Shown here: piece after piece, positions 1-10,995 of the stretch
Position numbering within the stretch: position 1 is the first letter of the stretch
How the letters are laid out: each line of letters opens with the position of its first letter
DNA from: Tubiluchus corallicola
Taxonomy: Eukaryota > Animalia > Priapulida
Assembly: GCA_030141605.1 (NCBI GenBank)
Contig: JAQGDQ010000031.1
Location: forward strand, 1-64,000
Direction: 5' to 3'
DNA: 64,000 nucleotides
Notes under the pieces: model-generated
What the model saw: only the letters and a program-made list of their open reading frames with translations
Told to the model about the DNA's origin: nothing
Databases searched by the model: none
Made by a program: the position numbers and the translations under genes

Positions 1-703
1 GGAGCTGCACGAAAAGCTGGATACTCTGACGAGCGAAAAGAAACAGCTTCTTCAGCAGCTGTTTGCAGAGCGTGAGAAGGCTTTCGAGGAGATAACTACT
101 GCAAAAGAAAAATATGCAGAACTTGAACAAGTCAATAGCAGTTATGCAGTCGAGAAGGGGGCAGCAGAAAAAGAGCTCAACAATCTTCGCGAGAGAGTAC
201 TGAGGGAGAGGGAACAGTATGAAAAAATCCTGAAGGAAAGGGATAGCGAGCACAAAGCCAAGGTAGAAAAATTGTACCTACAGTCTGAAAAAGACTTGAA
301 TGTGACAAAGGACACTTACAACAAGAAATTTGAGAAGATGAAAATTGAAATGGAAGAGCTGCAGATGCAAATTGACGAGCTTTCGTTGGCATCGTCGACA
401 AAAATTCGAAAGTTGGAAGCGAAAAGCGTCACGCTGGAGAATCAGAATGAAGCGCTGAAACAGAAATGCGCCAAAACGGTCGGGTCTTTCGAAAAAGAAC
501 GGGAAAAATCTGAAAACCAGGCGCTAAAGATGCACGAGCTGGAGAGGAAGTTGGCACACGTTCAGAAAATTTTGACCCAGGAGAAGAGCTTGCAAGAGAA
601 GATGGAGTCTCTACGGGAAACTAACGATAAGCTCACGTCAGAACTGGCTTCGTTGAAGACCACGTCTGAGCAAAAATACCAACGAATGAAAAAACATGCG
701 CAG
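1..703 (+). CDS. NUMA1: NuMA/Mud-like spindle protein, coiled-coil exon (5' end outside window)
   Basis: Frame open from base 2 (ELHEKLDTLTSEKKQLLQQL...MKKHAQ), E/K/Q/L-rich heptads; ends CAG|GTATTA (phase 0). Family call comes from downstream exons. Confidence 0.85.
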
Positions 704-814
704 GTATTATTTAATTATTAATTAAAGTGCAATACAACACTTCTTAAGTAAAGCTTGAGAAATTTCGTACATGCTGTCTTATTGCATACCGAGCCTGCAT
801 TAGTAGTAACGCTT

Positions 815-1075
815 TTAAACCCCATGGTGACTGTTAGGCTGATGGCCAATTTAATGTTAAGTCGATTAAAACTAGTTTACATAACACATAACATTTGAAA
901 AAAATAATCAGAGCATTTGTAGCACACTCTTCATTAACTGAGCAAAAGTTTAAATTACTTCATCCTATCCATACAACTTAATAATGTTTTTTTTGGTGAA
1001 TCAGTGGTGCACACTAAGATGGCGACGCAGTGCCATTTTACCAGATGTTGCAAACATTGTAAATTATTTTTTATT
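815..1075 (+). mobile_element. Old dispersed repeat family B, copy 1
   Basis: Shares gtttacataaca...aatcagagcatt...ggtgaatcagtggtgcacact with the copies at 9890, 11720 and 61420. Confidence 0.75.
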
Positions 1076-1184
1076 CTTAAATCATTTTAAGATAAACTTG
1101 CTAAGTAGTTTTCTTAAATGTGACACTTTAGCGTTTTATTTAGATAAGTTTCTACGTAAACATGAATATGTATGTGTATTACAG

Positions 1185-1333
1185 GTTTACAAGGACCAAG
1201 TCGAGCTTTTGCAAAAGCAGCTAGACGAGCACGACAAGGTCTCGAGCGACACACTAGACCACCTGCGTAGCATGACTCAGGAAAAGCTTGAACTGCAGAA
1301 ACAGCTGGACAGCCAGAGCAATACGTCTGTTAG
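1185..1333 (+). CDS. NUMA1: NuMA/Mud-like, end of coiled coil (VYKDQVELLQKQL...SNTSV)
   Basis: Acceptor ttacag|, donor |gtaaac; phase 0 to 2 fits both neighbours. Confidence 0.85.
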
Positions 1334-2366
1334 GTAAACCGGATTTTATACATTCAGTGCATATGTTCTTTGAGGTCATGTGAAGGTCATAGTAGTTACT
1401 TGTTATAGTTGCTATTCGCTTTATTCTCATTAAAATCCATTCACGTGCTTTTTAAAATAATAGCTATTTAGACGCATAGCGACACACATTTAGAGAAACT
1501 AAAATTACACAAAATTTAAGTGTGAACTCGAATCTGAGAAACTATTATGTTTGCAGCAAAAGAGCCAATATGGCTGCCAGTGCATGATTTTTGCACAGTT
1601 CTTATTTTGAGAAATAAAACTGAAAACTATTAACTACTTTGCTCTGCTGTCCCCCTTTAGCACAGCTTATGATCAAAACTTTTACATTTTTCTATTTTCA
1701 TCGCTAAACGTTCTGTAATTCTTATAGCGAAAGTCAATTTCTTCATTCAGTCGTGTTCTTAACAAAGTCGTAAAACAGCGAATTAAAATTCACCATTTTG
1801 CTGTTAAGTTGATAGGAGACTTTTGTTTTTATATCCTTTACTAGACCTTTACTATGCAGTTTTTCATTTCTTTATAATAATAGTTTATTCAGTTAAGTTG
1901 CTGCAGAATCTGGATTAAGACAAGAATTAAAACAAGATTGACAAAAATGAATTTAAATGTGGTTAGTGTACAAGATCTGAATTTGGTGAAACACGTCTGT
2001 GACGGGAAGACAAAAGAATTTCCTTCATAGCATATTGTGTTCTCAGAAATCTTTATTTCTGTATATAAAAAAATGAAAATAATAAATTTGACTGCTTTCA
2101 CTGCTTACAAATGTATAATGATCTAATTATTATAATTTAAGACAATAAAAGTAGATATGACTCACATCGTGTGGCTATAACAACTTAATACATCCTTGGA
2201 ATGTCATACTGGTTTACAGCAAATCAGGTAGAGACGCTACGAATAATTACTTGAAAATTTATCTAAACATTATTTAACATTTGATGAGGCTTCTGTAAGC
2301 GTGTTTAGTGAGGCACAACCTAATTTACAACTTCACAGGTAAAATTACAGGTGAGTTCACATAGGT

Positions 2367-2662
2367 CAGTGGTTCCCAAACTTTCTCGGAGCGTTACCCA
2401 AATCGGGAGACCCGGTCGTGTCTATTACCCCCCCCCCCCACCTAGTACTACTTCTCCAACTCAAGAAGTAAACACACGTATATGCCACAAGCAAGCAAAA
2501 TAGATTTCCAGTTGTTGTTGTTGTTGTATTGTTGCCATCCGTTGTTGTAAAATGCATTCCGAGCGAAGTTTTAAAAATTTTCAGAGGGGTGCCCGTTACC
2601 CCCCCCCCCAAAAAAAAACATATTACCCGGGGGGTAATTTACCCCTACTTTGGGAACCACTG
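2367..2662. mobile_element. hAT-type MITE (Charlie/Buster-like)
   Basis: TIRs CAGTGGTTCCCAAA / TTTGGGAACCACTG; perfect 8-bp TSD ACATAGGT with central TA. Confidence 0.92.
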
Positions 2663-3533
2663 ACATAGGTGCTGCCACCTACATGTTAAGGCCAGAAACT
2701 GACCTTAACAATGCGTATCAAATGAAATAAAAACATTTAAATTATGAATTATGAAGTGATGCAAATTAAAATTTCAAGATTTATTTTCTTTTAGCCAACA
2801 TAAACATTCGAACAACTACAGATTTGTACATTTCTGTAACAATTTAAGACTAACTTGATTATAATTACATTAAAGCTATGTGGCTGATGGAACGTGAACA
2901 TGGCAGTAATTAATACAGTCATATTAAAGCCCACCTCGAGAAGAAATAGAAAAGGAAGCAGAGAAGGATTGATTAAGAGGAGCAGAGAGAAGAAATGCAC
3001 AGAAATCTGAAAAATCTTAAAATTTTGAAAAAAAATTGATTTTCTAGAAAACCCTGCAACCTTTTGTCGCAAATCGTTGCTATGTGCTGCCCTCTAACAG
3101 AGTATGTTATAGTACAGTATAGTACTTTTATAAAGTATGTTTGATAGCTTTGACAGGGGGTCATTAAAGATTAAAGTTTAACACACAGTATTTGAGCAAT
3201 TAATAGAGGGCGAGACTGCTTTTTTATACACTCTTAGACTAGAGTCTTCCAAACCCTGGCAAGTGATTTCCACAACTGATCTAACTACAGATTTATAATA
3301 TTAAGTTTAATGATTATTAGAGACATATTTACGGTTATGCCTACTTTTGTACCTACTGTACCTGCAGTACGCTTTCCATGAAATTTACGATTATCTTCAT
3401 TGAGCTTGAATGCACGCTGAAAGAAACGCTATCGGAAATCTAATTCCAGATGTTCTTGATGTATGCAGCAATATTCAGTTAATTCAGTTTTAAAATTGAT
3501 TTTTAGTCATATTTTGTATATTGGTATTTCCAG

Positions 3534-3649
3534 CGTATCGAGTCGTGCTCGTGGCAGCAGCAGCGAGTCGCAAGACGTTTCGGTTTTGGATAATTCTTAC
3601 ATGAATAACGTCTTCAATACGCCGGCCACCGAGAGTCGGTCACAACGAG
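3534..3649 (+). CDS. NUMA1: NuMA/Mud-like tail exon (SVSSRARGSSSESQDV...SRSQR)
   Basis: Acceptor tttccag|, donor |gtattt; phase 2 to 1; Ser-rich open frame. Confidence 0.75.
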
Positions 3650-3744
3650 GTATTTTTTGCCTGTAGTAAAAACTAGTGCTAAGAGATCAATCTTGGGTTT
3701 GTTTAATAACTCGTGTAACACATATCAGATACGCTGTAGCTGGA

Positions 3745-4660
3745 TGCTGAAAGCTGAGTCAGTTGCTACTGCATCATCTGACTCTCACAGTAACCCAGCT
3801 AGCTCGGCTGAAGCTGAGTCAGTTGCTACTGCATCATCTGACTCACACAGTAACCCAGCTAGCTCGGCTGAAGCTGAGTCAGTTGCTACTGCATCATCTG
3901 ACTCACACAGTAACCCAGCTAGCTCGGCTGAAGCTGAGTCAGTTGCTACTACATCAGCTGACTCTCACAGTAACCCAGCTAGCTCGGCTGAAGCTGAGTC
4001 AGTTGCTACTGCATCATCTGACTCACACAGTAACCCAGCTAGCTCGGCTGAAGCTGAGTCAGTTGCTACTGCATCATCTGACTAACACAGTAACCCAGCT
4101 AGCTCGGCTGAAGCTGAGTCAGTTGCTACTGCATCATCTGACTCACACAGTCACCCAGCTAGCTAGGCTGAAGCTGAGTCAGTTGCTACTGCATCATCTG
4201 ACTCACACAGTAACCCAGCTAGCTCGGCTGAAGCGGAGCCAGTTGCTACTGCATCATCTGACTCACACAGTAACCCAGCTAGCTCGCCTGAAGCTGAGTC
4301 AGTTGCTACTACATCAGCTGACTCACACAGTAAATCAGCTAGCTCGGCTGAAGCTGAGTCAGCTGCTACTACATCAGCTGACTCACACAGTAACCCAGCT
4401 AGCTCGGCTGAAGCAGAGTCAGTTACTACTACGTCATCTGACTCACACAGTAACCCACCTAGCTCGGTTGAAGCTGAGTCAGTTGCTACCACATCAGCTG
4501 ACTCACACAGTAAATCAGCTAGCTCGGCCGAAGTTGAGTCAATTGCTATTACATCAGCTGACTCACAGAGTAAATCAGCTAGCTCGGCTGAAGCTGAGTC
4601 AGTTGCTACTACATCAGTTGACTCACACAATAAATCAGCTAGCTAGGCTGAAGTTGACTG
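3745..4660. repeat. 60-bp minisatellite, ~15 copies, intronic
   Basis: Unit aagctgagtcagttgctactgcatcatctgactcacacagtaacccagctagctcggctg; homogeneous at the 5' end, diverging toward the 3' end. Confidence 0.98.
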
Positions 4661-5117
4661 ACTTTTCAGCTGAGTTGCCTTAAAGAAAAAAATCAACTAA
4701 GTCAGCTAAAGCTACAAATTTTTGTTAACTAAATAAATGATAAATTGTTAGTTAACTTTTAAATATGCCAATTTTTTTAAATAATTTGTGCAGTTTATAC
4801 ACAGAAAAAACTGTTGTACAAATTCAAATTATGCATCAGAGGTCAATTTTTTATTATTATTAATGAATTTATTGCAAGTGTAATTTAAATCCAGCTTTTG
4901 GCAAGGCTTATCTTGATTACATGATTACGTGACTTACGTTGCCTATTTGTGTATTTAATTTTGAATTGACGCGCTTTCTCGTTCCAAAAAATTTAGACTC
5001 TGCCAGCACACGCACAATCTGACTGCGAATCCGCGATGCATTTGCCATTTTTCAACCAGTGATTCACAGTGTCACATGATTATCGCAAGAGCAAAAATCT
5101 TCGCAGCCGGCAGAGCC

Positions 5118-5755
5118 GTCGGCTAGCTCGACTCCCGTCACCAAGCGGCTAGCTCGACTCCCGTCACCAAGCGGCTAGCTCACCCGTCACCAAGCGGCTA
5201 GCTCGACTCCCGTCACCAAGCGGCTAGCTCGACTCTCCCGTCACCAAGCGGCTGGCTCGACTCCCGTCACCAAGCGGCTGGCTCGACTCCCGTCACCAAG
5301 CGGCTGGCTCGACTCCCGTCACCAAGCGGCTGGCTCGACTCCCGTCACCAAGCGGCTGGCTCTGCTCCCGTCACCAAGCGGCTAGCTCGACTCCCGTCAC
5401 CAAGCGGCTAGCTCGACTCCCGTCACCAAGCGGCTAGCTCTGCTCCCGTCACCAAGCGGCTGGCTCGACTCCCGTCACCAAGCGGCTGGCTCTGCTCCCG
5501 TCACCAAGCGGCTAGCTCTGCTCCCGTCACCAAGCGGCTGGCTCGACTCCCGTCACCAAGCGGCTGGCTCGACTCCCGTCACCAAGCGGCTGGCTCTGCT
5601 CCCGTCACCAAGCGGCTGGCTCTGCTCCCGTCACCAAGCGGCTAGCTCTGCTCCCGTCACCAAGCGGCTAGCTCTGCTCCCGTCACCAAGCGGCTGGCTC
5701 TGCTCCCGTCACCAAGCGGCTAGCTCGACTCCCGTCACCAAACGGCTAGCTCAAC
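5118..5755. repeat. 26-bp GC-rich minisatellite, ~24 copies, intronic
   Basis: Unit cggct(a/g)gctc(ga/tg)ctcccgtcaccaag. Confidence 0.98.
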
Positions 5756-6183
5756 TAAAGCTGGGTTTCTAATCAGCTAGGTTACTGTAGAAATAAACCG
5801 ACTGGAATGACACGGCTCTAGCTATAACTTTTCACAGAATGGGAGCAAACAGCTCTAACTGTCTTCATGACACACTTATTACGTCTATTACAGACTTTGG
5901 GCTGGCAGAATTCTATAATAAAAGAAATCTGTCTTCAAGACAGATAAACACAACAGTCAATCCAGCAAAAAAACTGCAGTGTCAGTGGCTTGTCAGCACC
6001 ACTTCCGAGTAACCCAGCCCGGTCATACTCAAGTCATAGATGTTCCAATTATGAGCAAATTCAACACTTGCACAACGCCAACATTGTCATTGATGGATGT
6101 TGCATGGACCACTAGACCACTAAATGAAATAAATTGATTGATCGATTGAATGTTCTGTAGCTTTTTATTCGCATTTTTCTTGG

Positions 6184-6530
6184 AATAAGCCTTTTTGCAG
6201 TTCCAGCGATTGAGGTTGATTGTGAAAAGGTCAGAGGTTAAATGTACCAGGCAACGCATTTGTGTACAGTTGACAGCACCTCACAGCTCATGTTATTGTG
6301 ATGGCAACAGTTTTAACAGCTAGCTAGAACCTTATCTAGTTCATTTTTTCTTGCATGGTTAAGTAAAGTCTATGTAAAATAACTGAAGTTACTAAACTGA
6401 TGTGGCAGATGCCCTTGCTTTACCCATCGGTCATGTCATAGTTGTAGTTAAGACGCGTTGCTGTGGTACACTTAACCATTGATCTACAGCAGCTGCGCGT
6501 GCGCACAACAAAACTGTAAAAAGGCTTATT
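6184..6530 (-). mobile_element. MITE family A, copy 1 (reverse orientation)
   Basis: Termini aataagcctttttgcagtt / aactgtaaaaaggcttatt; body is the reverse complement of the copies at 10996 and 14147. Confidence 0.85.
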
Positions 6531-6783
6531 GCCACTCGCATGCTTTTAGTCGGGCGACGCACGCACTTGTAAAAATTTTGCTAGTTTTGCAAACAACCAT
6601 AGTCAGCTGATTAGGTTGCAGTCCACGGCAATCGTTGTAGTTGAAAACGACTGATAATGTTCGCATGACATACGTACAACTTTTATCAGTTCAACTCGAG
6701 TTGATAGTGTGTCGGTACCTTTCCGTAGCAGTTTGCAACAAGTTAATTTTCTAACCAGCCTTGCACGTTTCCTGTTTGTTTAG

Positions 6784-6926
6784 TTCATGGAATTGGCTGG
6801 CACAGATTTGCTCCGGAAGATGAAGAAGACGACAAGTTTAATCCGGACGTATTCGGAGCGCTGCATAAGTCACAACCTCGTATTGCAAACGGTCACCAAA
6901 AGTTTTCACATGCTCTTCCCGGACAG
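6784..6926 (+). CDS. NUMA1: NuMA/Mud-like tail exon (VHGIGWHRFAPEDEEDDKFNPDVF...LPGQ), probable LGN/Pins-binding region
   Basis: Acceptor tttgtttag|, donor cag|gtaatt; phase 1 to 0. The acidic EDEE..FN motif resembles the segment before the NLM in Mud as I recall it. Absent from the ORF track. Confidence 0.8.
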
Positions 6927-7243
6927 GTAATTAGGTTTTACTTTGTCTTTTTTTACTTCATCTTTTCCTTGGCAAGAAGCAGTCTCTGTGACGTTAATTT
7001 TATTCGTCCTTTGGAGAGCCATGTTAGCTTAACTTCTTCAAACTTTCCGTCGTTGTATTGGTCTCGTTAAATCTTGTTGAGCAAAAAACCACAAGTTCTG
7101 AGCGTTGATCTAGAAGATCTGAAGCTCATGCACTTCTCGTGGCATACGTGAGTTGCTTGAAATATAGCTGCGCCCATGAAATGCAGAAACTGAACGTACC
7201 TGTAGAGCTGCTGCACATTTTCTCATACCTGAACTACGTAGAT

Positions 7244-7654
7244 CAGGGGTGTGCAAACTGCGGCCCGCTAAGAGATCTTGTGCGGCCCGCGGAGAGGTTT
7301 GTCAACGTAATGAAAGTGTGGCCCACACGATCCAGCTGAAGTCTGCGCCAATATCGCTAAGATAGTGCGGATAGTTTTTTCCTCTAGATCAGATGGCGTT
7401 AAACCTTACAAGACCGTTGTCACTTAATGTCACATAATGGCGAAACATATGGTTTTTAATATATATTTTAGTAACTTCTAAAATAGTTTCTTGAGTGCAG
7501 TAGTGCAGTAGTGATGATGTGCGCAAATCGGATACAAAAAAAATCGTTATTAGGTCCTGCTGTACTTGGCTCCTTGACCAAGCTGCATGTGGCCCACATG
7601 AATTGCGGGAATGTTTAATGTGGCCCGGCTAGTCAGATAATTTGCACACCCCTG
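7244..7654. mobile_element. hAT-type MITE (Charlie/Buster-like)
   Basis: TIRs CAGGGGTGTGCAAA / TTTGCACACCCCTG, subterminal (C/T)GGCCC repeats, perfect 8-bp TSD ACGTAGAT. Confidence 0.92.
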
Positions 7655-7779
7655 ACGTAGATGTTTAAATAAGCACTCGCTCAGCTGATATTCGCTGTGT
7701 GAGCTGTTATGAAACATCAGCTGGAATGATTAATGTTCTATTTGTGTGACATCATAAATGTGAACTCATGTTTTACTGA

Positions 7780-9198
7780 ATTTATTTCTTTTTAATTTTC
7801 TGTCCGTCATTTGTTTTCGCTTCTGACAGGATCCCTTTTTAACAAATTTATTTCTTTTTTAATTTTTCTGTCCGTCATTTGTTTTCACTTCTGACAGGAT
7901 CCCGTTTTAACAAATTTATTTCTTTTTAATTTTCTGTCCGTCATTTGTTTCCACTTCTGACAGGATCCCGTTTTAACAAATTTATTTCTTTTTAATTTTC
8001 TGTCCGTCATTTGTTTTCACTTCTGACAGGATCCCGTTTTAACAAATTTATTTCTTTTTAATTTTTCTGTACGTCATTTGTTTCCGCTTCTGACAGGATC
8101 CCGTTTTAACAAATTTATTTCTTTTTAATTTTTCTGTCCGTCATTTGTTTCCACTTCTGACAGGATCCCGTTTTAACAAATTTATTTCTTTTTAATTTTT
8201 CTGTCCGTCATTTGTTTCCACTTCTGACAGGATCCCGTTATAACAAATTTATTTCTTTTTAATTTTCTGTCCGTCATTTGTTTCCACTTCTGACAGGATC
8301 CCGTTTTAACAAATTTATTTCTTTTTAATTTTTCTGTCCGTCATTTGTTTCCACTTCTGACAGGATCTCGTTTTAACAAATTTATTTCTTTTTAATTTTC
8401 TGTCCATCATTTGTTTCCACTTCTGACAGGATCCCGTTTTAACAAATTTATTTCTTTTTAATTTTTCTGTACGTCATTTGTTTCCGCTTCTGACAGGATC
8501 CCGTTTTAACAAATTTATTTCTTTTTAATTTTTCTGTCTGTCATTTGTTTCCACTTCTGACAGGATCCCGTTTTGTTTCCACTTCTGACAGGATCTCGTT
8601 TTAACAAATTTATTTCTTTTTAATTTTCTGTCCATCATTTGTTTCCACTTCTGACAGGATCCCGTTTTAACAAATTTATTTCTTTTTAATTTTTCTGTAC
8701 ATCATTTGTTTCCGCTTCTGACAGGATCCCGTTTTAACAAATTTATTTCTTTTTAATTTTTCTGTCTGTCATTTGTTTCCACTTCTGACAGGATCCCGTT
8801 TTAACAAATTTATTTCTTTTTAATTTTTCTGTCCGTCATTTGTTTCCACTTCTGACAGGATCCCGTTTTAACAAATTTATTTCTTTTTAATTTTTCTGTA
8901 CGTCATTTGTTTCCACTTCTGACAGGATCCCGTTTTAACAAATTTATTTCTTTTTAATTTTTCTGTACGTCATTTGTTTCCACTTCTGACAGGATCCCGT
9001 TTTAACAAATTTATTTCTTTTTAATTTTTCTGTACGTCATTTGTTTCCACTTCTGACAGGATCCCGTTTTAACAAATTTATTTCTTTTTAATTTTTCTGT
9101 ACGTCATTTGTTTCCACTTCTGACAGGATCCCGTTTTAACAAACTTATTTCTTTTTAATTTTTCTGTACGTCATTTGTTTGCACTTCTGACAGGATCC
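7780..9198 (+). repeat. 66-68 bp minisatellite, 22 copies of a 3' splice site (one copy shortened to 28 bp)
   Basis: Unit gatcccgttttaacaaatttatttctttttaatttttctgt(a/c)cgtcatttgtttccacttctgacag; the last CAG (9191-9193) is the acceptor of the NLM exon. Confidence 0.98.
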
Positions 9199-9353
9199 GC
9201 TAAAGAACCGTCTGGAATACGACATCGACACGGATCGCCTTTCCGAGCTGCAGAGACGCAACACTCTATGTCTGCCTCACATGAAAAGCTCTTATCCGGC
9301 CGAAATGCAGCGCCTGCCCGAGCTGGAGCTGTCGGACACAGAGTTGAAACTAG
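9194..9353 (+). CDS. NUMA1: NuMA/Mud-like NLM-motif exon (DPLKNRLEYDIDTDRLSELQRRNTLCLPHMKSSYPAEMQRLPELELSDTELKL)
   Basis: Closely matches the NuMA/LIN-5/Mud motif (human RIAELQQRNRVCPPHLKTCYPLE...ITDEEMKTG). Acceptor ctgacag|, donor tag|gtaccc; phase 0 to 1. Confidence 0.9.
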
Positions 9354-9721
9354 GTACCCATTCCATATTCTGATTACGTGTCTTGATTATAAAAGCACCC
9401 ATGACAGGTGTAAAAGAAAAGTTGCTGTTTCCCTGAGCTGTTATGCCAGACGATTATGAAAAGGGTTGAGAATATCTCTGGTGATTTACTCATTTTACTG
9501 TTATTCTTTTGAACTGGCGCTTCCCTTGCTGACCATTGAGCTTATTCTACTCGAACAAGTCGTGTCATTTTCATATCCAAATCCTTCTCTCGGGTTCATG
9601 CCCAAGAAGAGGGGTTGCTACAGGTACGACGTCCCCGGGCCCATAAATATTATGTTTTGCACGTTTCCATGACCAGTATTCGTGTGGATCTGAATACCAG
9701 TTGCCCTACCTACAGATGCAT

Positions 9722-9868
9722 ATGCTTCTCACAATACCTGCTGCTGTAGCCTCTGCTGAGCGCTCATTCAGTAAACTGAAACAGGTTAAAAATGTTCGTA
9801 GACCCACGATCACACAGGGGGGCGTCTAGCAGACCTAGCAAGATTGAGTATTGAAGCTGAATTTGCAG
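9722..9868 (+). mobile_element. hAT transposase C-terminal dimerisation-domain relic
   Basis: Translates MLLTIPAAVASAERSFSKLKQVKN...(frameshift)RLADLARLSIEAE, the hAT SAERSFS motif. Confidence 0.85.
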
Positions 9869-9889
9869 GGAAAAAGCCTGAAATTTAGT

Positions 9890-10210
9890 ATCCCACGGTG
9901 ACCTTAGGTGCAGCCATTTTGATAATAGGTCATTTGAAACAAGAGTTTAGATAACAAAATGTGAAAAAAATCGTCAGAGCATTCGTGCCACATGCTTCTC
10001 TAACTAAGCAAAAGAATTAAATTATTGTATCTTGTCGATAAGATTAATAATGTTTTCAGTGAATCAGTGGTGCACACTGGGATGACAAGGCTGTGCAGTT
10101 TTATCAGGTGGTGCAAATATTTATAAATTATTAAAAATGATCTTTTCTAGTTACGCAAGTCTTTCAAGCAGGTGAACGTAATGCTAAGTAATGTAACTTT
10201 GTAAGGAAAG
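9890..10210 (+). mobile_element. Old dispersed repeat family B, copy 2
   Basis: gaccttaggtgcagccattttg...gaaacaag...gtgaatcagtggtgcacactgg...taatgctaagtaatg. Confidence 0.75.
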
Positions 10211-10284
10211 TTTCTTTTCTTCCCCTTTTAATTATTTTATATAAAAATATTTAACCTTTAAAAAATATGTAAACCTTCCAAATC

Positions 10285-10580
10285 AGGAGTGGAGCCCCGA
10301 AGGCGGACCAGTGCAGCATGCTCACTGACTCCTGCAGCCAACCTGGTGCCAAATGTATCGCTCCGCTTTCCCGTGGACTACACCAGGGAGGAAGAGAGGG
10401 GGTTCCTGTTGTCTGGGCAACTCAGGATCTCCATACACCTTGCCCAGGCGTGTGCCCTGAAGACGTTCAAGGATCGGACTGCTCAGCCACAGTCGACGCT
10501 GCAGCTCCATCAATATGATCAATAACTGACTCTCTTGGGGCGCACTCCATTGTCTTCCGAGACAGAAGGATGCCAACCAT
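10285..10580 (+). mobile_element. 3' end of an RTE-clade LINE
   Basis: GC-rich island encoding RSRIGLLSHSRRC* (RTE C-terminal motif), followed by an RTE-like 3' UTR hairpin tgtcttccgagaca...gaaggatgcc. Confidence 0.75.
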
Positions 10581-10720
10581 AAAAATATAAAGAAGCAAAT
10601 TTTGCAGCAGGGCAAATAATTTAAGGAGCATGATAAAATTTAGGGAACTACAAAGCTAAGCTTAGGGTAATTCTACAACAATTGATAAGTTAAACATTCT
10701 CTGCTAATTCTTAATTGTAG

Positions 10721-10953
10721 GTGAGACACTTTTGCAAGAAAAAGGGGAGGCGAAAAGGAGAGCTACATTGGCACCGGCAGCATTTAGACAGTTCAAGCAA
10801 CCCAAACCTCCTCAACCAGAAGAGGAGGAAAACATCATTCCATCCCACATTCCAGAAAAACTTTTGGCAGCCGAGGAGAGTTCCGTTAAGAAAAAGTCGG
10901 GCTGGAAGCGTCGGTCATTGCAGATCAAGAACGCGTCTGACCGTATCCTAAAG
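10721..10953 (+). CDS. NUMA1: NuMA/Mud-like tail exon (GETLLQEKGEAKRRATLAP...KKKSGWKRRSLQIKNASDRILK)
   Basis: Branch ctaat plus ttgtag|, donor aag|gtgatg; phase 1 to 0. KRRATL parallels the NuMA RRASM Aurora-type site; basic NLS-like cluster. Confidence 0.85.
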
Positions 10954-10995
10954 GTGATGCATTGATTGTTGAGTGGTTTTATCATACTTGTTCTT

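Noticed and set aside
3657-4683. Long ORFs (306 aa Leu/His-rich, 142 aa Ser/Ala-rich, 155 aa antisense) over the 60-bp array
   Set aside because: They are by-products of a unit length divisible by 3. The array is inside a phase-consistent intron, read-through from the upstream exon stops at 3666, and the Ser/Ala frame has internal stops.
9175-9459. 94-aa ORF overlapping the NLM exon
   Set aside because: Wrong frame; it is the frameshifted product of using the penultimate decoy acceptor.
10289-10525. 78-aa ORF as an alternative NuMA terminal exon
   Set aside because: It is phase-compatible, but the acceptor is weak and the region is better explained as an RTE LINE 3' end (RSRIGLLSHSRRC in another frame).
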